Of a stretch of DNA of 32,000 bases, positions 17,165 to 26,196 are shown piece after piece. This DNA is from Crocosphaera subtropica ATCC 51142 (GTDB lineage Bacteria > Cyanobacteriota > Cyanobacteriia > Cyanobacteriales > Microcystaceae): contig NC_010546.1 of assembly GCF_000017845.1 (NCBI RefSeq), positions 330,001-362,000 of the forward strand. Direction: 5' to 3'. The translations under genes were made by a program, and so were the position numbers. A model generated the notes under the pieces. The model worked only from the letters and a program-made list of their open reading frames with translations. It was not told the DNA's origin and ran no database searches. How positions within the stretch are numbered: position 1 is the stretch's first letter; each line of letters begins with the position of its first letter.

Positions 17165-18370
17165 ATGAAAAATAAGTTTAAACCTCATCGTTATTCTGAT
17201 TTAGAAAGCTTTGAACGCTTGTTATTATTGATAGCAATCTTGGTAAAATATCCAGGCGTGGGTTATCGTGATCGCAATTTATTAGATACAACAGAAATTC
17301 ATTACAATGCTTTAGAAGAAGTCAAGTTTTATTTACAAAAATTAGCCGATCAGTTAGGGATAGATTTACCTGAAGATTATCCAGCGATCACTACATTACG
17401 CAAAGACTTAGAAACCCTAAAAGATTATCAGATTTTAGAAAAAAGAATGTATCGTTGGGGTTACTATTTAGGGACAGGGGTGATGTCTCCCTTAGAATTA
17501 AAAATTGCTTTAGATGCCTTAGAATCTTTAGCTATCAAACAAGGCGATCCCAGAATTCGGAAAATTACTGAACAATTTAAAAAGCGGTTACGAGGTTTTG
17601 CAGCATTAGAAGATCAGCAACTCTTTTATCCTGTTCGACAACAGCTTAATCATGCCATAAACTACACTGATCCCGACGAAATGATGGAAAAAGGGGTTTA
17701 TCGTCAAACTCTTTTTCATCATATCCATATCTTAGAAACTGCTATTATCGAAGGTCAAATTATCGAAATTTCTAGAAAAAAAGATTTATATGATAATAAA
17801 CGAGTGGGAATCATGAAAGTTTATCCTTTACAACTCATTTATCATAATGTGGCTTGGTATTTACTTCATGAAGATTATAAAAATGAACATTTAGTTATCA
17901 GTCGAGTTAACCGTTTAGGGAATTATTGTAAAATCCTCGAACCATCAGGAAGAGGAATCAATAAACAAAAACAAAGCCTCACGAAAGCTTATCAACTTCT
18001 AGAAAATGGATGGGGATTAAAATTAGGAAATTTAGAAGAACAAAAACAAGAGTTAGCAGGAAAACTAAACTTCGTTAAAGCAAAAGTTCGCTTTTTTTAT
18101 CCCGTCAGTCAGTTTATAGAAGAAGGGGAACGCCGTCATCCCAAACAAAAAATTAAGCGAGGAAAAATTGATCCTCAAACCCATCAACCCCAATATATTG
18201 ATTATTCTGTTGCTTTACCCCTGCGATCGCTAGATGAGTTTTACTTCTGGTTAAACAGTTACGGGGAATATGTGCAAGTGTTGGCCCCGTCTGAGTTGGT
18301 GGAGAGACATCAGCGATCGGCCTTAACATTAGTTTCTCGTTATGGCTGCAATAAAGATAATATCACCTAA
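17165..18370 (+). CDS. WYL-domain transcriptional regulator (CRISPR-associated)
   Basis: The core VYPLQLIYHNVAWYLLHEDYKNEHLVISRVNRL is a WYL-domain signature. The N-terminal segment (SFERLLLLIAILVKYPGVGYRD) is HTH-like. The gene is divergent from the cas1 operon and directly upstream of cas10. ATG at 17165 is preferred over the track's TTG at 17126. Confidence 0.75.
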   Translation: MKNKFKPHRYSDLESFERLLLLIAILVKYPGVGYRDRNLLDTTEIHYNALEEVKFYLQKLADQLGIDLPEDYPAITTLRKDLETLKDYQILEKRMYRWGYYLGTGVMSPLELKIALDALESLAIKQGDPRIRKITEQFKKRLRGFAALEDQQLFYPVRQQLNHAINYTDPDEMMEKGVYRQTLFHHIHILETAIIEGQIIEISRKKDLYDNKRVGIMKVYPLQLIYHNVAWYLLHEDYKNEHLVISRVNRLGNYCKILEPSGRGINKQKQSLTKAYQLLENGWGLKLGNLEEQKQELAGKLNFVKAKVRFFYPVSQFIEEGERRHPKQKIKRGKIDPQTHQPQYIDYSVALPLRSLDEFYFWLNSYGEYVQVLAPSELVERHQRSALTLVSRYGCNKDNIT

Positions 18371-18516
18371 GAAAATTTATATCAGCTTTAAACATTGATT
18401 ATATATAGCTTTCAAGCATCGTCAAAAAAAGTTTATCAATATTGTGATATGTCTTTTTGTTTCTAGGGAAGACTAACTATAGTAAAAACAACCAAGCAAC
18501 CCAGGAAGTTTAATCA

Positions 18517-21500
18517 GTGAGTCATCTGTATCATCCGTATTGGCAAGCAAAAATTTGGGCATTACTGCATGATCCAGCCTTAAAACCCTTATCGGATCGA
18601 TATGGTTTTGCGAGAGAGGGGCAATGGCAGTTATTGCGATGTATGCAAGGATGTAAGTCCCCTAAAGATAACAAAAAGGTGTTAGGAGACTGTGTATTGC
18701 AGGGTAACTGGTTAAACCATGTGGGGTTATGTGATTTAGTCGCTTCGGCCAGCGATCGCAGTACCATCGGCAGACTCGATCCACAATATAGCGCAGTTAC
18801 CTATCAACAGCAAACCGGCTTACAGATCCGTCATTTATTATCAGGAGAACCCCAAAACCTTAAAGTTAATAATAACTGGCAAGAAAACTTAATTACTAAA
18901 CGGAAGAAACTAGAAGCAAAAGAAGCAGAATTTTTAGATAAAATTAGCCAGTGGGAAGATCCAAAAAAAGTTTTTTGGGCGTTATGGAGATGTTATGCTG
19001 AAGTCTTAGAAAAAGAAGAAGCTTTAATACATTTATTACCAGCAGAAACTCGTTTACCGGATGGATCATTGTGGAGTCATGTGAGTATGACTTCTGCATT
19101 AGCTGGAGGGTTAGCCGGGTATTATAAACAAGCTGAAAATTATCCTATTAAAAACCAAAAATTTAATGATTATTCTCGACCGTATTTAGTTAATTTTACC
19201 TTTTCTCCTGTACAAGAATTGATCAAAGCGAGTCGCAAAATGCGAGATTTTTGGGCAGGATCTTGGATTTTACATTATCTTTCTGCTAAGGTTTCTTATG
19301 CGATCGCTAATGAATATGGTCCCGATACTTTACTCTATCCTTGTCTGTATCAACAGCCATTAATTGATAACTGGTTATTAGAAGAATATTCTGATTTCAA
19401 GGAATGGATAGAACCTCATAAACCCGATCAATTATTAACGGCAGGTTTCCCTAATGTTATTATTATGATTTTACCCAATAATCATAAATCTCAACAGGAT
19501 CTAAAAGATAATCCTATTTATGCAGCGACTCAGTTAGCAAAACGTACTTTAAAAGAAGAATGGAAAAAGTTAGGAGATCAAAGTTTAGAATTTTTACAAG
19601 ATAGTAAACAGTGGCAAAATATTAACCCAAATACTTGGGATAAATGGTTAAAGTGTCAATGGCAAACTTATTATACAGCCTTTCCTATTGGTGATCCTGA
19701 GAGTGACTTAACTTGTTCTTTAAGAGTGGGTAAAAATGAAACGGAAGAGCAAAAAAAAGACGCTTTTGAAGCTTGGTGTCATCAACAAAATCAGTTAACC
19801 AACCCGAAAGAATCTTTATTTGAAACCAATGAAGAGAAATTTTTAAAAGCTATCTTTAAACTAACCGATATAGAAACAGAAAAAGAACCACCAAAAACAA
19901 AATATAGTAAGCAACCTAACTTAAATGTAGGATCATGGTGGGCTTATGTTTTTGATCAATTAAGAACCAGTTTAAATGCAGTTAAAAATGCTAGAACTTG
20001 GGAACTTCCCACAGCCTTTACCGTTCGTTCTAGCTTATCAGGAATCGGTTCTGCAGTTCATCCTATTGTCAATGAAGAGAAACCCGATCGCATTTCTGAA
20101 AAAGAAATTAACGAGTTTTGGTCAGAAAAATTCGGTTTATTTGATGGTACTGAAAAACTCAATGCAACGGAAATTGTCAAGCGAGTGTTACATAAATTAT
20201 TACCTGAGATATTGAACTATGAAGAACAAGAAATCAGCTTATATTATCCTGATTTAACCGCCGGAGTCGCCGGTTATTTAAAAAATGCACTATTAAACAA
20301 TCAACAGTCAGAAATTGATTATTATAAACGTTCTTGTCATAAGATTTACAAAGAAATTCAACCGCTTTTAGATAATGATAACCTTAGCCAAAGTTGGGGT
20401 ATTCCTTGGATTAATAATAATAAAGAATTGAAACTGAGTAATACCATTCATCATCCTCGTTTACTCAATGCAGGTTGGTTACTCGAAGATGTAGAAATAT
20501 CCCATGATAGTAATATAGAGTATCGAGAAAAATTAGAAGAATTAAGTACAAAAAGAACAACTATACAACAAGTTATCAATAAATATTATCCTAGTAATAA
20601 TCCTACCAATTGGTATATTTTAGTTGCTGGTGATGGTGATAGTATGAGAGACTGGTTAAGAGGTAGTAAATTAAAAAATTATGGTGAATATTTGCCCGAT
20701 GAATTAAGAGAAAAAATTATTAATGATAGTAATGATGAAATTCCTAAAGAATATAAAGAACCCTTACAAAACTTTCTCGAAGTTAGAAAACGTATGGGAC
20801 CATCAACCCATAGTGCTTTAAGTCGTGCCTTACTTGACTTTTCTAATCAATTAGTTCCTTATTTAACCGAACAAAGATACGCAGGAAGATTAATTTATAG
20901 TGGTGGCGATGATGTTTTAGCTTATACAAATTTATGGGAATGGGACAACTGGTTATGGGATATTCGTCAATGTTTTAAGGGTCAAGAAGATCCCTATAAT
21001 GAGTTTAAAAATGAGGGTGACTATTGGCAATGGAATAAACCAAATAAACCCAAAAATATAGCCCAAAGACCTTTATTTACAATGGGAAAATGTGCTACTA
21101 TTAGCTTTGGAATTGTGATTGCTCATCACTCTATTCCGTTAGCGATCGCTTTAGAAAGTTTATGGGAAGCAGAAGAAGAAGCTAAAGAACATTACACACA
21201 AAAAGATAATAAAGACACTTACAAAGATGCCGTACAAGTTCGAGTTTTGTATGGTAATGGAAACACCTTAAAATCTACATCAAAATTTGATATTTTTAAC
21301 CAGTGGAAACAACTGCTAAAATTAGACTTAGAACCCAGTTTATTTGAACAAGCTGCTACCATTTGGGAACAACATCCTATCCCAGATAAAAGTGCAATTG
21401 AACCCTGGACAAAAGCCTTTTGTAGTCGTCGAGATATAGGAGAAGAATTACAACAAGACTATCAAAAAATATTAACCAGTTTTATTCAAGGATTATGGAT

Positions 21501-21600
21501 AACGACCCCTCAAAATAACTTAGATAAAGAGGTTAAGAACTGGCTAAAACTGGCAGCATTTGTGAAACGAAATCGTAAAATTAGCTTAAACCAGGAGTAA
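18517..21600 (+). CDS. cas10: Type III-B Cas10/Cmr2 large subunit
   Basis: 1027 aa with a GTG start. It has a Cmr2-type N-terminal HD motif WALLHDPALKP (HD at 18568-18573), the first palm motif ILVAGDGDSM, and the cyclase motif YSGGDDVLAY (GGDD at 20902-20913). Confidence 0.95.
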   Translation: MSHLYHPYWQAKIWALLHDPALKPLSDRYGFAREGQWQLLRCMQGCKSPKDNKKVLGDCVLQGNWLNHVGLCDLVASASDRSTIGRLDPQYSAVTYQQQTGLQIRHLLSGEPQNLKVNNNWQENLITKRKKLEAKEAEFLDKISQWEDPKKVFWALWRCYAEVLEKEEALIHLLPAETRLPDGSLWSHVSMTSALAGGLAGYYKQAENYPIKNQKFNDYSRPYLVNFTFSPVQELIKASRKMRDFWAGSWILHYLSAKVSYAIANEYGPDTLLYPCLYQQPLIDNWLLEEYSDFKEWIEPHKPDQLLTAGFPNVIIMILPNNHKSQQDLKDNPIYAATQLAKRTLKEEWKKLGDQSLEFLQDSKQWQNINPNTWDKWLKCQWQTYYTAFPIGDPESDLTCSLRVGKNETEEQKKDAFEAWCHQQNQLTNPKESLFETNEEKFLKAIFKLTDIETEKEPPKTKYSKQPNLNVGSWWAYVFDQLRTSLNAVKNARTWELPTAFTVRSSLSGIGSAVHPIVNEEKPDRISEKEINEFWSEKFGLFDGTEKLNATEIVKRVLHKLLPEILNYEEQEISLYYPDLTAGVAGYLKNALLNNQQSEIDYYKRSCHKIYKEIQPLLDNDNLSQSWGIPWINNNKELKLSNTIHHPRLLNAGWLLEDVEISHDSNIEYREKLEELSTKRTTIQQVINKYYPSNNPTNWYILVAGDGDSMRDWLRGSKLKNYGEYLPDELREKIINDSNDEIPKEYKEPLQNFLEVRKRMGPSTHSALSRALLDFSNQLVPYLTEQRYAGRLIYSGGDDVLAYTNLWEWDNWLWDIRQCFKGQEDPYNEFKNEGDYWQWNKPNKPKNIAQRPLFTMGKCATISFGIVIAHHSIPLAIALESLWEAEEEAKEHYTQKDNKDTYKDAVQVRVLYGNGNTLKSTSKFDIFNQWKQLLKLDLEPSLFEQAATIWEQHPIPDKSAIEPWTKAFCSRRDIGEELQQDYQKILTSFIQGLWITTPQNNLDKEVKNWLKLAAFVKRNRKISLNQE

Positions 21601-21606
21601 CAAACT

Positions 21607-23348
<1,742 letters not shown>

Positions 23349-23350
23349 TT

Positions 23351-24637
23351 ATGGCTAGTATTGTATTATCATTTGTTGGCAATCAAGATCCTGCGTCTGA
23401 AACTACTAATCAAGAAGGATCAATTATTACCTTAATTCGTCATCTTATCAAGCTAAATTCTAAAATAAGAAAAGTTATCTTACTTTATACAGAAGATACA
23501 AAAGATAATGCTATTTTAACTAAAGAATGGCTACAACAAGATGATTTTAAAATTTCAACGAATCAAATTGAACTAATAGCAGTTTCTAGTAATTTATCAG
23601 ATGATCCTGTTGATGTGAAATTAGCAACTCAAGAAGCTAATAAAGGCTTAAAACAAGCAAAAAATTATCGTAAAGATAATGATATTTTTGAGTTTAACTC
23701 ATCTTCTGGTACACCTTCAATGAAAACTGCCTGGGGAATTTTACAAGCTTCTAGTTATGGAATTAATAGTAGACTTTGGCAAGTTAGAAATCCTAAGAAA
23801 ATTCAGCCTTCTCAAGAACTTGTTTTTGAGAATAATGTGAATGTTTTTAAAGATGAATCGAATTTTAGTGTTATTAAAAAACAGTTACAAAATTATAACT
23901 ATAGTGGGGCAATAGAAAGTTTAAACAATAGTGATTTAGATAGTAAAATTTCCCATAATTTAATGGAATATGGTTATTATCGTTTAGCATTTGATTTTCA
24001 ATCCGCTAGAGAAGTTATACAACCTTATCAGGAAGAAATTAGTCAAGAATTAATCAAAAATATTAACGATTTGTATAATGAAAATATCCTAGAATTATTA
24101 CAGGAAGTTTACTATAAAGGAATTATTAAAATTAAAAATAAACAGTATGCTGACTTTTTAGTTTTGTTATTTTCGTTTCAGGAAAACATACTTAAGTTTT
24201 TAGTCAAACAGCAAATTCTTAAAGATACTTCTCAACCGTTACATTGGAAAGTTGCTAAAGAAAAAATCAATTATCAATTACAAAAAGGAGAACTCAATGA
24301 ATATCTAAAAAACTATTCTTATGACGGGCGATCGCTTAAACTAAATGGAGATATTAATCGCATTGTTATGTTAGCTATCTTAGACTATTTTTCTCAGTTG
24401 GATAATCACTTAAGTCAAATAACTTTGCTGCTTAAACAACTAGAAAATTATTGTCAAATTAGAAATGAATTAGTACATGATATTAAAAGAGTTTCTGAAC
24501 TAGAAAATGAAAGCGAAATTATCAAAACTATGCGAGAAATTCTCATTTTAACAAAACCTAATTTTCAAACTGTCAACCCTTTTAATTTACTCAACGAACA
24601 AATCGTTAAACAATTAACACCATTAGTCAGAGGTTAA
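23351..24637 (+). CDS. csx1: CARF-HEPN ribonuclease (Csx1/Csm6 family)
   Basis: The N-terminal Rossmann-like CARF domain carries IVLSFVGNQDP... and NSSSGTPSMKTAW. The C-terminal HEPN Rx4H motif is IRNELVHD (24461-24478). The ATG at 23351 lies 2 nt after the cmr3 stop. The position between cmr3 and cmr4 matches P. furiosus. Confidence 0.8.
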   Translation: MASIVLSFVGNQDPASETTNQEGSIITLIRHLIKLNSKIRKVILLYTEDTKDNAILTKEWLQQDDFKISTNQIELIAVSSNLSDDPVDVKLATQEANKGLKQAKNYRKDNDIFEFNSSSGTPSMKTAWGILQASSYGINSRLWQVRNPKKIQPSQELVFENNVNVFKDESNFSVIKKQLQNYNYSGAIESLNNSDLDSKISHNLMEYGYYRLAFDFQSAREVIQPYQEEISQELIKNINDLYNENILELLQEVYYKGIIKIKNKQYADFLVLLFSFQENILKFLVKQQILKDTSQPLHWKVAKEKINYQLQKGELNEYLKNYSYDGRSLKLNGDINRIVMLAILDYFSQLDNHLSQITLLLKQLENYCQIRNELVHDIKRVSELENESEIIKTMREILILTKPNFQTVNPFNLLNEQIVKQLTPLVRG

Positions 24638-24641
24638 ACCC

Positions 24642-25535
24642 ATGAAAGACTTTCGCTTAAACTATTTATATAGCTTATCTCCTATTCATTGTGGAGGAGA
24701 AGGAGACTTAGGTAATATATTAGAAATTGCCCGTGAAGTCCACACTAATTTTCCTTATATTCCTGGTTCTTCTATTCGGGGAAGTATCAGAAATGAGGTA
24801 GATATTATTAACTCTGATGCTACTAACAAATTGTTTGGAAAAGAACTCGATGATGATGGAAATATGGGCGTTCATCAAGTATGGTTTGGAGATGCAAGAC
24901 TCTTATGGGTTCCTATGAAAACCATGTCTTTTAATGGTAATCAAGACATTTTTACCTGGGTGAGTTGTCATTCTTTAATTCGGGATCATGCTATTATTTC
25001 TAACTTACCTTTTGTTACTTTCCCTAATGAAGCTGTAGGGACAAATGCAGGGACTTATGAAGTAGCTGATGCTCAAATTAAGGTATTAAAAATTACGCCT
25101 GATCAAGAAAAAACCATTACTTTTTTAGGGGAGTTCCCTGACTCTCTTAAAGACTCTGTTAAACCTACTTGGGAAAGTAATCATATTGTACTCCCTGATG
25201 CTGACTTTCAAGTATTAATGGAACATTCCTTATGGACACAGGTAAGAAATAAAATTTCGGATGGTACAAAAGAAGACACTGAAGCAGGTTCTGCTGAAGT
25301 TTTTTGGACAGATGTTTGTATCCCCCGCGATACTATTTTTTACTTACCTTGGGGTTACAGTTTATCTAAAATTGATCCTATTTCTACCGATGAACATAAT
25401 AAATTAATGGAAGTAATTCAAGGATTAATTCAAGTCGGTGGACAAGCAAACGTCGGACGGGGATGGGTACAAAGTTGGGTTAGTCATTCAACTTTTGAAT
25501 TCAACAAACAAGAACAACAACTCACAAATGTTTAA
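24642..25535 (+). CDS. cmr4: Type III-B backbone RAMP Cmr4 (Cas7 family)
   Basis: LYSLSPIHCGGEGDLGNILEIAREVHTNFPYIPGSSIRGSIRNEV aligns with P. furiosus Cmr4 [43 protein letters not shown]. The C-terminal G-rich loop is VGGQANVGRGW. Confidence 0.9.
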   Translation: MKDFRLNYLYSLSPIHCGGEGDLGNILEIAREVHTNFPYIPGSSIRGSIRNEVDIINSDATNKLFGKELDDDGNMGVHQVWFGDARLLWVPMKTMSFNGNQDIFTWVSCHSLIRDHAIISNLPFVTFPNEAVGTNAGTYEVADAQIKVLKITPDQEKTITFLGEFPDSLKDSVKPTWESNHIVLPDADFQVLMEHSLWTQVRNKISDGTKEDTEAGSAEVFWTDVCIPRDTIFYLPWGYSLSKIDPISTDEHNKLMEVIQGLIQVGGQANVGRGWVQSWVSHSTFEFNKQEQQLTNV

Positions 25536-25544
25536 AAACTGATT

Positions 25545-26087
25545 ATGGCTAAAAAAAATAAATTATCACAATTCCCTAGAGGTAAAAAAACAGTGTCTGC
25601 TAATACAAATGTAACTGCTACACCTCCAAAATATAACGCTAACAACACCAAATCAGAATTAAAAATAAGTCAAGCTACTATTACGAATTCAAAAAAAGTG
25701 CAACCTGAACAAATGAGTTTGTTTGCTCATGCGGCCATTCAAGTTTATATTGAAAAGAAAGGCGAAAAGTCTCTAGACAAAGAAGATTTAAACGCCGTTC
25801 TTAGGTTATCTCAACACTTAAGAATATTTGGGTTATTATCTGCTGTTGGTTATATTAATCAAACTAATGAGCAAGAGGGGAAAGTCCGTAAAAGAACAGT
25901 TCCCGTGTGGCATTGTTTACTCGGATATTTAATTGCACCGAGTGAAAATTTAGACACAAAAGATTTGATGGAAAAAGTTATTAATTTAACAAAAAATGAA
26001 CCACAACAATATATGTCAATGTGGCGAAAGTCTTTATTATTAGCACCTCATTGGAATTTTTGGGCAAGGGCTTATTCTAAGGATTAA
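25545..26087 (+). CDS. cmr5: Type III-B small subunit Cmr5 (Cas11) with a Lys/Asn/Thr-rich N-terminal extension
   Basis: The helical core ...LRLSQHLRIFGLLSAVGYI...QQYMSMWRKSLLLAPHWNFWARA parallels Pfu Cmr5 ...APVMILSNGLLQTLAFL...LWATKEAIALLNWMRRFA. The first 56 aa are low complexity. An alternative start is Met57 (25713). Confidence 0.65.
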   Translation: MAKKNKLSQFPRGKKTVSANTNVTATPPKYNANNTKSELKISQATITNSKKVQPEQMSLFAHAAIQVYIEKKGEKSLDKEDLNAVLRLSQHLRIFGLLSAVGYINQTNEQEGKVRKRTVPVWHCLLGYLIAPSENLDTKDLMEKVINLTKNEPQQYMSMWRKSLLLAPHWNFWARAYSKD

Positions 26088-26095
26088 TAAAAACA

Positions 26096-26158
26096 GTAGG
26101 GTAGGCAAAGAAGTCAATTTTATCAATAAACTAGATATTTAAAAATTCTTGCCCACCT
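26096..26158. repeat. MITE-like hairpin element, copy B, in the cmr5/cmr6 intergenic spacer
   Basis: GTAGGGTAGGCAAAG (26096-26110) pairs with CTTGCCCACCT (26148-26158) across an AT-rich loop. Arm sequence and size match copy A at 12885-12949. Confidence 0.5.
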
Positions 26159-26196
26159 TCCAATATTTCTCTCATTATTAAATAATCAATAAAATT

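Noticed and set aside
17126-18370. Whether the 414-aa ORF upstream of cas10 could be a divergent Cas6 or Cmr1.
   Set aside because: It has no G-rich loop or RAMP motifs. It carries a clear WYL-domain signature and an HTH-like N-terminus, so it is a regulator, not a RAMP.
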